From positions 806,001 to 870,000 of the forward strand of contig NW_027191415.1 in NCBI RefSeq assembly GCF_041146345.1: a stretch of DNA of 64,000 bases, read 5' to 3'. The position numbers and the translations under genes were made by a program. This document shows positions 12,962 through 24,996 of this stretch, in pieces (position 1 is the stretch's first letter; every line of letters begins with the position of its first letter). Below the pieces are notes generated by a model. That model had not been told where the DNA came from and made no database searches. It saw only the letters and a program-made list of their open reading frames with translations. Source of the DNA: Neodothiora populina. Lineage: Eukaryota.

Positions 12962-15007
12962 ATGGCCATGAGTATGTGCATCTCCATGTCTTGTTTCCTT
13001 CGTCTCCCTTTCTCCTGAGAAATTTCACTGACTTTCTCTCACAGATCTGGACATGTCCAATGGTAAGAATGAAATTAAATCCGTCGACGCCAGCAGCATC
13101 ACCACAACCACAATGACAGAGCTGACATTCACCCTCTAGCCCAAGTGGCAAAGGACGAGAACGGTCGTCCCTTCATCATCGTGAGAGAGTAGGTTGCGCC
13201 CTTCTGAGTGAGGCGCTGTCTGGACACTGGCGCTGACAAAAGGCAATAGTCAAGGAAAGAAGAAGAGACAACATGGCAACGAAGCCGTCAAATCCCACAT
13301 TCTCGCCGCGAGGACGGTGTCAGACATCGTCAGGACTTCTTTGGGTCCCAGAGGTCTCGACAAGATCCTCATCTCCCCCGACGGGGATATCGTCGTCACC
13401 AACGACGGCGCAACCATCCTCGGTCAGGTATTTAACCCTGACTCGACGCCACTGCGCCCGTGCTGTATGGCTGACCCTCTCATCATCTAGATGGAAGTCT
13501 CGAACCAAGTCGCCAAACTCCTTGTCTCCCTTTCACAATCCCAGGATGCGGAAATCGGTGACGGCACTACTGGTGTCGTTGTCCTGGCCGGTGCTCTCCT
13601 CGCTCAAGCCGCAGATCTCATTGACAAGGGTATTCACCCTATTCGTATCGCCGACGGTTACGACGCTGCCTGCGAGGTCGCCGTCGAGACCCTTGATCGA
13701 ATCTCAGACACGATCGATTTCTCAAAGGAACACACCGAGAACCTGTTCAAGGTCGCCAAAACAAGTCTGGGAAGCAAGATTGTCAGCAAAGCACACGACC
13801 AATTCGCTCAAATCGCCGTCGACGCCATCCTCAGTGTCGCCGACCTCGAGCGAAAAGACGTCGACTTTGAGCTGATCAAGGTCGATGGCAAAGTCGGAGG
13901 GGCCCTGGAGGATACGCTGCTCGTCAAGGGTGTCATAGTCGACAAGGATTTCTCGCACCCGCAGATGCCCAGCGAGGTCAAGGACGCCAAACTCGCAATT
14001 CTCACCTGTGCCTTCGAGCCCCCGAAGCCCAAGACCAAGCACAAGCTCGACATCACCACCGTCGAGGAGTTCAAGCGTCTGCAAACCTACGAGAGCGAAA
14101 AGTTCGAGGAGATGATCAACCAGATCAAGGCCACCGGTGCAAACGTCGTCATCTGCCAGTGGGGTTTCGACGACGAGGCCAACCACTTGCTACTGACCAA
14201 CAAGCTTCCTGCCGTGAGATGGGTCGGTGGTCCCGAGATTGAGCTCATTGCCATCGCCACAAACGGAAGGATCGTGCCGAGATTCGAAGACTTGAGCGCA
14301 GAGAAGCTGGGACACGCTGGCATCGTCAGAGAGATGAGCTTCGGTACCACGAGAGAAAAGATGCTGGTCATTGAGGATTGCGCCAACAGCAGAGCCGTCA
14401 CTGTCTTTGTCCGTGGCAGCAACAAAATGGTATGTCCTTGCTGTACGAGTTCCAGTCTCACACAGACTAACACAAATCAAATAGATCATCGACGAGGCCA
14501 AGCGCTCTCTACACGACGCCCTCTGCGTCGTGCGTAACCTCGTCAAAGACAATCGCATCGTCTACGGAGGTGGTGCCGCCGAGATCGCCTGTTCTCTAGC
14601 GGTCGAGGAGGCCGCCATCAAGTCCCCGGGACTCGAGCAATACTCGATGCGCGCCTTCTGCGACGCCCTCGACTCGGTGCCCATGGCCCTGGCCGAGAAC
14701 TCTGGTCTCAGCCCCATCGAGACGCTCGCACAGATCAAGAGTCGCCAGGCCAAGGAGGGCAACACGAGATTAGGAGTCGACTGCATGCAGACAGGAAGCA
14801 ACGGTAAGCATCTCTCTCATCACCAACATCTTTTTGATGTCTCATCACTAATGATAAACCAAAAAAAAAACAGACATGAGAGACCACTTCGTCATCGACC
14901 CTCTGATCTCCAAGAAGTCCCAACTACGTCTCGCCACGCAGCTCTGCCGCATGATCTTGAAGATCAACAATGTCATCATCGCCGGCTCGGATGAAAACGA
15001 CTTTTAA
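12962..15007 (+). CDS. CCT5: T-complex protein 1 epsilon subunit (chaperonin CCT5)
   Basis: Motifs [52 protein letters not shown] and [14 protein letters not shown]. Short first exons 12962-12971, 13045-13062 and 13140-13188. Ends GSDENDF*. Confidence 0.96.
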
Positions 15008-15268
15008 GTCTTTCTTTCTATGTACAGACGTAGAGGGAGAGGACATATAGAAGAATGAAAAAAGAAAAGTATCGTTGCACGGGCACCGAAAACAGACAAG
15101 ACAGACAGACGGAATAGACTAGTGTAAAACTTATCCAAAAGAGTCATTGGGCTGATACTACTGCCCACTGCTACTGCCATGATCCTTGATTTGTTTTTTG
15201 ACCATACACCAAGGATAGATGAAAAAGAATTGTGACAACCGCCAATCTTGTCTCTTTTGACTCCTATG

Positions 15269-15288
15269 CACACACACACACACACACA
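15269..15288. repeat. (CA)10 microsatellite
   Basis: Read directly in the convergent CCT5/KCH1 intergenic region. Confidence 0.9.
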
Positions 15289-15772
15289 CCAATTGTAGAG
15301 AACAAGAATCGTGAGACCATGGAACCTTCTCTACTTCCAACACTGCTGTGAACTGGACCAACACTCAATGAGGCTGGTATACATACAGTAGCACCTCTCA
15401 CCTCACCTTAAGCTACCTTATATGACCTTGCCTCGTGCGCATCGGTGAAGTGCTTCTAGATAAAAAGTCAAGTCCATACACAACATCTCACAAGAGGCAC
15501 AAAGAGAGTAGCAACCGAGAAGAAATTCGATTCATGAAAAAGAGAAATTTCCGGGATTTTTTATTTCCTGTAGAAAGAAAAGACCTAAAATAGTAGTGAA
15601 AAGGAAAAAAGGGTATCAATTGGATGAGAAAAAAGAAAAAAGAAAAAACATGTAAAAAGGGCAGCTCATTCATTCCGCCATTCCGTCTTCGTCTTCATCA
15701 TCTTTTCGTCTTCGTCTGCGTCAATGGTTTCTTCTTCTTCTTCTTCTTTCGTTGCGGATGGCTAGTCTACTA

Positions 15773-18083
15773 CTACCATCTATTATCGTACACGCTCGGT
15801 CCAGCCGTCGCGCTGCGAGTGAATTGCGGTGGTGGCGCATCGTCGCGATTGTTGTTGTTGTTGTAGTAGTGGTTGTTGTTGTTGTATCGCTGCTGATACT
15901 GCTGCTGCTGCGCATGCGAGGGAGTATGAAGTTGATACTCGTCAATAAGCCCGTTGTAAGCCCCCACCTCGCGAGGTGGAGCAGTCACGCTTCTTTGCGG
16001 CGGATAGTGACCTCGCGCTTCTTGACCGAAGCGGTCCATGTTTGAGGCTGCATTGTTGGACGGGTCTGTGAGGTTGCGTCTTGACGTGTTCTGATGGCCT
16101 AGAGGCTCCGGGAGGAAAGGGTTCAGGGCCACGTAGCCGCCGGTCTGCGAGTTGGCGGACGGTGGTGGCGTTGGTCGAGGCAATAATGCTGGTGGTGGCC
16201 TTGCTGTCATCTCGAAGGATTGACCAGATGAATGATGCCGCGAGTCTTCGTGTCCGCTGAAAGGTAGTGCTGTTGCTGCGTGTGGTGGAGGCGCTACTTG
16301 GCCGTGAAAGTTGTTTGTAGCTTGCCACCTTGAGGCTGGTGCACTTGCCACCGAAAAGACAGTGTCTTGTGTGCCTTGTCGTCTTATTCCCTGTGGAGGG
16401 TAGAGTCCTTCATGTTGGTCTTGGGCACATCCTTTGTATCCGTCTCTTGCCCTCGATGAGGACATATCGGGACCAAGTGAAGACACTTCAGTAAGCGGTG
16501 TCATGGCTCGAATAGGTGGTAGTCGAGATGTATATGAGTCGGTAGACGTCTGTCTGTCAAACACGGGCATTGGACCATGCCCGCTAAAGGGGTCAGATCC
16601 TGGTCCCTCAGCCATTTGCCGCATGCGAGAAGCTGGCGATTGTTGTCTTACTTGCGCTCCACTTGACTGGAAAGTGGAAGCCGATGCCTGTCTATCCATG
16701 GGTGGTCTAGAGTCGAGCGACGAAGCAGAATATTGACGTTCTAGTGTCTGTGGCGGATATGTGAGGTCCTGATGATCTTCGACATGTCCCATTCCCATTT
16801 GGTTCTTCAACAAAGGCGCATCTGATTCATAACTGACAGCTGAATAGGCCGATGTCTCGGTTATAGAGCGAATAGGCAAATCCGGGCGAGCGTTGATGTT
16901 TGGAAGAGTGGGCGGCAGAGGAAGCGTCGGCTGGCGAAGAAGATGGCTATTCTCGTAATCCCGCGACGATTGAGATGCGAATGATGACATGGTGGCCTGA
17001 GAGTCCTCTCTGGCAAGCTTGAAGTCAGGCAGCTTGTCGTCGTTGAATCGCGGCGTCGTTGCTCCAATGACTGGTAGTGTAGGTTTTCTCGAAGTGACAG
17101 GTTTGGTGCGCATATCTCTGTTGCCTTTCGCAGCTTTTGCTTCCTCCCTTTCTCGCTTCTTCTCCTGGTCTTCGAGCGCTTGTTTTACTTTGGCACCGAC
17201 AATCTTGGATAGACGACGATCAACCTTGCGGCGGCAGTAGATACTAAGTCTTCCGTCTTGCTTTGGTACGTGGTGCCAGAGGAAGAACACATAGAGGACG
17301 ACAGCAGCGATCAAGGACAAGGCGGAGACGACCCAAATGACGAAGGTGAAGAGCATGGTGAAGAGCACGATTGCTTGCTCGCGGTTCGTTTCGGCCAGTG
17401 TTCCGATGTTGATGAAGAACTGCTCGATCGACGAGTGACCTCGGGGAGCCGCGTGTTCGCCAGTAGCGACCAAGTCGGCCTGCAGGACAGAGTACAAGGT
17501 CACGCCATTGACTACTTGACGGGGCGCTTCGGCAACGAGGATACGAACAGCACCCTTCAACTGAAAGTAGACAAACAACGCAAGGTAGTCGAGGCCCTTC
17601 TTGCTCTTTGTCAATTCAGCAAAGACCAGAAATCGCTTCCAGCCTCGAGGTCGCATGCTTTGGAAAGTGACGGCGAGGGGATCCATATAGCTCTCGGCAA
17701 CAGAGTCTCGACGAATCACCCTTATTGCGCGAATCCATTCAAAGCCACATAGGACCCAAGAAATGAGAATACACACGGTAAAGATCCATTTTGAATACTC
17801 CAAGGGAATGGCAGGTTCTATTTGGGATGACCACTTGTCGTAGGCCAGCAAGTTGACGGCGGTGAAGGTATCAGAAGCGTAAACGGCAACTCCTATCAGC
17901 GCAAGGAACCATAGCCAGCCGTATGAGAAGTATGTTAGTGCGCCAGAGGCCTTGAAATCAGATAGTGTCTGTCAATGGTTAGTGACTGTTAAACTCCGCA
18001 TACTTGAGCAGTGAACATACAAGATAAGTCCATTTATGCGACTCGTCGACATCGCCTCTTTCCCTTTCGCCGAAGCACCCCAT
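15773..18083 (-). CDS. KCH1: Kch1/Prm6-like low-affinity K+ transporter / vacuolar membrane protein
   Basis: MGCFGERE..KWTYL, intron 17969-18020, then TLSDFK..DTFTAVNLL..WSSQIEPAIP..SKWIF, RFLVFAELTKSKK, AEAPRQVVN and YCRRKVDRRL. Long disordered C-terminal tail. Confidence 0.82.
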
Positions 18084-19196
18084 AGTATGTTTCTCGGAAG
18101 GAACTGTTGCTCAGACCGGCTGAGGGACAGATTCCACCGTGAATAGAGGGGTAAGCTTGACGCAGTACGTGATAGTGTAATGTTAATGATATGCGCGCGG
18201 GTGCGACAGAATCGTAGAGTGATGTGTTGTAGGAAAGCAATTGTCTGCCAGCAGAGTCGAACACACAGAATGAGTGTTGATGCAAGAGAGAGATAAGGAG
18301 TGTATTGTCTTGAGAAAAGGGCGTCTCTCGTGGTCGTCAGAAGGGATAGAAAAGAGCTTTAGAAGGGATGGCTGGATGCCAGCAGCTAGCCAGAGTAATG
18401 TAACGGCAAAACGTTGACCTTTGTTTCCAGCCCACAAAACGGCGCCTGGCCTTTCAGTTGGTCAAAGGAAACAAAGACGCATCAATATCAATAGACAGCA
18501 GATGCCAAATAGGTGAAAGTGAGTTAGATGACTGGATTGCGAATGACCGCTTTGTTCTGCAGCAACTTGCGACGATAGAATGAGGGACAGTGCTTTTGAG
18601 CTGCGTGCTGATCAATGTATAAGGAACGACTAAGGTTGAGTCTCGAACAAGACTGCAAGCACGTAAGGAATGGTCTCCTATTGTTGGTGTTGCACAACGA
18701 GTCGCCGAGGTCTCCAGCCTGGTTGTGGATAGGGTGCAAGGTCGCGTCCACATCCAACGTTACGTCGCAACAAGCGCTCGTGAGGAACGAAGATTTTGGT
18801 TGGTCGCATTCGACGTTTGACGATAGCCACCCACGCTAGCCCCAGATCGTGTTGATCTCCAGGGGGTAAGGTTTAAGGTACGGCACCTGTGCCCTCTTCT
18901 TATGCGGCTATCAGCAAGTAGTGTAGATAGAGACACGGCACCCCATACTGATAGAAGAACAGACAGTGCAGATAGTGTTAAGCACGGCGGTTTCGCTTCT
19001 GAACGCTCAAGATGAAACCAATCGCGTGCTCGCACTTCTGGGTAGCCTTAGGCATGGCACGATTCGATGGTTCACGAGAGATCTGGTCCCACATTCGATA
19101 GATTGAGCAACTTGTTCCATGCATAGCTCTACTAAATGTCATGTTTTGAGATATCTATCAAACGCCAAAAATTCCCAATGTACAACTTTCTTAAGC

Positions 19197-21560
19197 TTAC
19201 AACTCGTCGTGGCTGGGCTCGTCGTCATCGTCGTAATCGGGCATGCCACCGGCACCGCCGCTGCCGTACAGCTTGCTGGTGATGGGGTATGCGACGTTGC
19301 TGAGCTTCTCCTTCTGCTCGTTGAAGTCCTCGGCCTCGGCCGAAGCGGCGTTCTCTTCGAGCCAGTCCTGTGCTTCCTTGATTGCCTCGAGAAGCTGTGA
19401 TATTTATTAGCGTCTGGTCCAAACCATATCTCACGATTATGCGATTGACTTACAGTCTCCTTGTCATCCTCGTCAATCTTGCCACCAAGACCCTCGTCGT
19501 CGTTGACCTGGTTCTTGAGGGAGAAAGCGTAGTTCTCAAGGCCGTTGCGAGACTCGATGCGCTCGCGTGTTGCCTTGTCTTCGTCGGCGTACTTCTCTGC
19601 CTCAGCGACCATGCGCTCGATCTCCTCGGTGCTAAGACGGCCCTTGTCGTTGGTAATGGTGATGCTCTCGCTCTTGCCAGTTCCCTTGTCGCCGGCGCTG
19701 ACGCGGAGGATACCGTTTGCGTCGAGCTCGAAGGAGACCTCAATCTGGGGCACACCACGAGGGGCAGCAGGGATACCGGTCAACTCAAACTTTCCGAGGA
19801 GGTTGTTGTCCTTAGTCATGGAACGCTCACCCTCGAAGACCTGGATCAGAACCACGGGCTGGTTATCAGCGGCGGTGCTGAAGATCTGGGACTTCTTGGT
19901 GGGGATGGTGGTTCCGCGCTTAATGAGGTGAGTCATGACACCACCAGTGGTCTCAATACCGAGAGTAAGGGGGTTCACATCCATGAGGACGACGTTCTTA
20001 GCCTGATCGAAGTTTGTCAGTAAGGTCTGTTGATACCAGCACATCAGATAATCTGCTTACCTCTTCTTCGCCAGACAGGATACCACCCTGAACGGCGGCA
20101 CCGTAAGCGACAGCCTCATCAGGGTTGATGCCCTTGCTGGCCTTCTTTCCGAAGAACTCCTCGAGCATAGCCTGAACCTTGGGGATACGAGTAGAACCAC
20201 CGACGAGGACAATGTCGTCAATGTCGCTCTTCTTCATCTTGGCGTCCTTGAGAACCTGCTCAACAGGCTTAAGGGTCTTCTTGAAGAGGTCGTTGTTGAG
20301 CTCCTCGAACTTGGCTCTGGTGAGAGTCTCGGAGAAGTCCTGGCCGTCGTGGAAAGCCTCGATTTCGATTCTGGTGCTCATTTGCGAAGAGAGAGTGCGC
20401 TTGGCCTTCTCAACCTCACGCTTGAGCTTACCCATGGTCTTGGGGTTCTTGGTGATGTCGGTGTCGTACTTCTTGTTGTACATCTTGGTGAAGTAATCCA
20501 TGACTCTTTGATCGAAATCCTCGCCACCGAGATGGGTGTCACCAGCGGTAGCCTGGACCTCGAAGACGCCCTCGTCGACGGTAAGAATGGAGACATCGAA
20601 AGTACCACCACCAAGATCGTAGACGATGATCTGGCGTTCCTGATCAGTCTTGTCGAGACCGTATGCGAGAGCTGCGGCGGTGGGTTCGTTGACGACACGG
20701 AGAACGTTAAGACCGGCGATGGTGCCAGCGTCCTTGGTCGCGGCACGCTGGGCGTCGTTGAAGTAAGCGGGGACAGTGACAACTGCGTTGGTGACCTTCT
20801 CACCGAGGTATGACTCGGCGACCTCCTTCATCTTACCCAGAATCATGGAGCTGACCTCCTCGGGGGTGAAAGTCTTGGAATCCCTATTGTTTTGTCAGAT
20901 TGTGTTCAGACCCCTCCAGCGTGGCTAGCAGTAAACATACTTTTGGACATCGACTTGAACACGGGGCTGGCCGTCCTTGTTGACGACCTTGAAGGGGAAG
21001 TGCTTGATATCGCGCTGAACGTCTCTGTCGTTGAACTTGCGTCCAATAAGACGCTTGACGTCGTAGACAGTTCGGAGAGGGTTGGATGCAAACTGGTTCT
21101 TGGCTGCAAAATAGTCTTAGTTTTGTGCACGACATGATGCGCGTACGGCAGCAAAACTCACCAGAGTCACCGACAAGGCGCTCCTCATCATTCCATGCGA
21201 CGTAAGAAGGAGTGATACGGTTACCCTGGTCGTTGACGAGAATTTCGACCTTGCCACCCTTCATAATACCAACACAAGAGTAGGTGGTTCCAAGATCGAT
21301 ACCGATGACTGCAAAAGCATTGTCAGCATCGTGAACAGCGCGCAGCATGCAGTGAGATGCTAGATAAAGATCCCAAATGATCTTCACCTTGGATCGCGCA
21401 GATACATACCTGGTCCAGTAATCTGGCTATCCTTGGAAGCTCCAGAATCTTGGGCCTTAACGGGTGTACCGAGGAAAACCATGGGGGCGAACAGAACGAA
21501 GAGGAGATAGAAGGCGGTAGACCACGCAAAGCGTGACTCGCCTCTAACGTTGCGCGCCAT
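19197..21560 (-). CDS. KAR2: ER Hsp70 chaperone BiP
   Basis: Signal peptide; motifs [34 protein letters not shown] and [14 protein letters not shown]-terminal HDEL* (stop 19197-19199). Several introns. Confidence 0.98.
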
Positions 21561-21815
21561 CTCGATAGAGTGGTGACGGAACGAAAGAAGGGATGTGGTG
21601 GAATCAACAAATTCAAGCGGCAAGCACAAGAATAGTTATAGACTCAATTACAATTGAGGCGGACGGAAGCCGGCTTCCTGTAGTGTTATAGAGGCTTTGT
21701 GAAGAGAAAGAGATACTTCCTCGAGCCAAATGGAACACAAGAGTTGAAAGAAAAAGGATGAATGGATGAGAATAGGGGAGCAGAAGAAAGGTCTCAAATA
21801 ATTAGCTATGCGAAC

Positions 21816-21828
21816 GGCAGCGTGTCCT
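21816..21828. promoter_or_regulatory. Putative unfolded-protein-response element (Hac1/HacA site) of BiP
   Basis: GGCAGCGTGTCCT ~260 bp upstream of the BiP ATG. It contains the CAGCGTG core of the yeast KAR2 UPRE. Confidence 0.7.
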
Positions 21829-22226
21829 TTTGGAGAAAGGCCAGGTGTTCAGCCTCAAACCCGTCCAATCGCCGACTGTGCCAAGACCCCTCCCCACGCC
21901 TGTGTCCGCCTCGTCGTCCGGAATGTTTCCACATACATCTAAGGTACACCTTGTCGAGGCATTTGAATGTGCTGGAAGCATCCATCTATTCGTAGACAAG
22001 AGGCAAATTCAGACACTTGGTCCTTCACATGGTTCTGGTGCACAGGTGCAAGGCTATACCATTCCCTGGTTGCCAATGACTCACCTGCGCCTGATGCATG
22101 TCGATGAGATCGATATCTCCGTGACTTTCCTGCTACTTGTCCATTGTGAGTTGGTAATCTCAGAGAGCTGCGTACGCCAGTATGCAACCTGTCCTTTTCA
22201 TGATTTCATACAATCATAGAGCAGCT

Positions 22227-22239
22227 GGGGGGGGGGGGG
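22227..22239. repeat. G13 homopolymer
   Basis: Read directly between the F-box gene 3' end and the BiP promoter. Confidence 0.85.
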
Positions 22240-22293
22240 ACGTGGAACGCCATGCAGCTCCTCCACCGTGGGAGAAACGTATATCCTCCATCT

Positions 22294-23040
22294 TCAGTGA
22301 ATCGGTTGAGGCGCGCCCACATTCTCCCAGAAACGACGCAAGCCTCTGACTTTGCCACTCTCTGCCATCTCGCATAGGCCCGGGTTGCTTTGACGTTGCT
22401 TACTGCTGGTGTCTTGCGCGCCGGTCCTTGCCCGCTTGGAGAATCGCCACACGAGGATTCCCACACCGGCATCCTTTCTGCGCCCAATCGCTCCAGCTTT
22501 TCTCTCCAGCCATACACGCAGCCCTTCCTTTACCTTCTCCCTCTCTATCTTCCGTTTCCTCTCGACGATAGTCCCGGACGAGATGAGCATCTCTCCGCTT
22601 CGACGGTCATGACGACAGCAGTCTCTGGGCACGATGTTTGCGTTCACTAGACTAGACAGGGGTGGTCGCCGGGCGAGGAATCGATTCAACGAGACAAGCG
22701 CTAGCGAGAAGCAGAGTTTACGAGCAGCCAGCGTTGTACGGGTAAGGTAGATGTATGAAGCAGGCGGCTGGAGTGCCTGTAGGCGAGGACGATGAGGCAG
22801 AAAAGAGGCTAAGTTGTAGGATGAAGTACGAAGACGATGTGAATGAAGAATGGGGTCAAGTGCAACACAGCGCAGATGGTGAGATACCTGGGCGCGAAAC
22901 TCAGCTCACTGCCATACTCAGTACACGACTTTGTCATAGCTCACGCGAGATATCGCTAATAGCTCCGGGATGTCTAGAAATGAGAGTACACGCAGAACCA
23001 GCTCATCGGGAAGATTCGCCAGGCTAGGCTTGGACATCAT
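22294..23040 (-). CDS. F-box protein with RPEL-like repeats, 2 exons
   Basis: MMSKPSLANLPDELVLRVLSFLDIPELLAISR, intron 22888-22944, then VSHHLRCVALDP (F-box). Followed by LASFLPHRPRLQAL and LNRFLARRPPLSSLVNANIVP. The ORF track shows only the 3' part. Confidence 0.85.
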
Positions 23041-24996
23041 CGGTCTAACCACCAGTTTCGACATGATCGGGGTTCGCATCATCTATGCGGCGGGTTTTCT
23101 GAGTTGCCTGTCGCCTATCTTTGACTGCGCGCTGGGACCTCAACCGGCCCAAACTCACGCTGGCAATACGCGACGCTGTAATGCGATTACGGACTGCTAA
23201 GCACTGAAACAAAACGACGCTGCGCAAGAATGAAAATGCAGAGAGGTACAGTAGTTCCAGTAATGATTGCCGACAGCTGCTGGCCCAAGGTACATGGACG
23301 GACAGCTTAACTCTAAGACGGTGAAGGCGGGGATTGGGGAACGGAGACGACGGACCATCCCGTTCGTATGAATGCATGACGTCGCGCCATGTGCTGAAAT
23401 CGGACTTCTCTTGAACGGGGCTTTATTTTATCGTTTTATCAACCACGGCCACGGGATCAGTGTTTCTAGTGGTCCGAGCGCCATAACTCACTGTCACTCT
23501 CACTTTTGCTCTGTATCGGTGTACAGTACGTTGTCATCATTGTCATCAGACACACTTAGCTCACATCCAGGTATGCTTAGTGAAGCACTAACCTACACTG
23601 GTATGCATAGAACATTCTCAGTTACATAAAAGAAAGATCTGTCTGGCGGCATCATCGCTCATTGCTGATTGGCTTTTTTGTGCTGCTAATCAATACGACC
23701 ATCTAATCAATTACACTCACCTTAGCATTGGTCCCACCTTTGCTTGTTGCATTTTTTTTTCCTGCCCACATTTTATCCTTTTTCACTTGTCTGCGCTGGC
23801 GTTGTTACGCATGCCCCCCTTTCAAGTATATCACCGAGAAGTAGAAAAAAGTCAAAAGGGGTGGTATCGGTAACCCGAGCTGCACCGAGACAGAGATACA
23901 CCTCCAATCTGGACGTGCATCAGGAGCTTGGAGTGGATCCCTAGGCGAGAGTTGCATACGCAGGGCTTGACTTTAAGAAGAAGCGGTCGAGGAGAGAGAA
24001 AGAGGCGATGCCGGACTGCCTTTGCATGGTTGCTTCATATCACGAGCTCGTTGGCACGGGCAACTCTTAGCCAGCCCGGGTCAGCGCCAAACCCCCTGTT
24101 TCATTGGCGGTTGCCAGCAGACGAACTGTACAGTACTGTACACACACATACGACACTGGATCCGACCAATCTCTCCAGCGAGCGTGCATGCGAGCCCTGC
24201 TCGGCGGAGCTTGGGCAAACGTGACTGCCATTCGCTGCATAGCGGGCCGTCCATTCATATGGGTATGCCAGCGTCGCTCCGAATCGATGCACGCATTGGC
24301 AGCGGGTCTCTCCTCTCCTCTGGAGCTGCAGTACATGTAAGCAAGAAGCCGCCGCAGTAGCAGCAGCAGCTTCTGAGCGTCGTGTGAGCAACCACTGCGC
24401 TCCTTGGTATCGCCCTTATGGCACCGACAGCGAGTGAAAATGTGAGTTTCTATGTCAGCTACAAGGGGCATTTCCGTTGCAACATTGCTACTTTGCCTTC
24501 TCATCACCATTTGACAGGACTTGGCTTCGAGCGAGACATGCAAGAAGTCAGGCAGCGACTTCTCGCGGGCCACCGGGCATGCCTCGCTTGGACGACGCTG
24601 ACTGGGCCAGGCCCATCTAGCAGTTAGGCTGGCTGGCTTGGTGGACGGATGGCGCAGGCCGCCAGTAGCACGTCCTATAGAATCTTCCATGCGCATTCCG
24701 AGTATGGCCCCGTCGAGTCTGACTGGCGTTCACGCTACATCTTGTAGTTCCGTGCTTTGTGCTGTGATACTCCCGTGTACAGTTACCTGTTTTTCACTTA
24801 TCAAAGCAGTGAAAAGAGATCAGAGAAAATTGCTGTCTCCTCTTTCACTGCAATGGCTACTTATGCACCTTGTCCCTATAACTACTATACCCGTTTTCCT
24901 CAAGTAACGTGTCTCCATGGGGACCATGCTCGGATCTGCTTGCGTATGCGCATATGTGTACATGTGGCCGGTGGAGAGGCGTGCGAAGAAGGCGCA

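Noticed and set aside
19382..20813. Long + strand ORFs antisense to BiP (213 aa, 154 aa)
   Set aside because: Well-known antisense shadow ORFs of codon-biased Hsp70 genes.
21865..21898. CCAAT...CCACG resembling a mammalian ERSE
   Set aside because: The spacer is over 20 nt rather than the required 9 nt.
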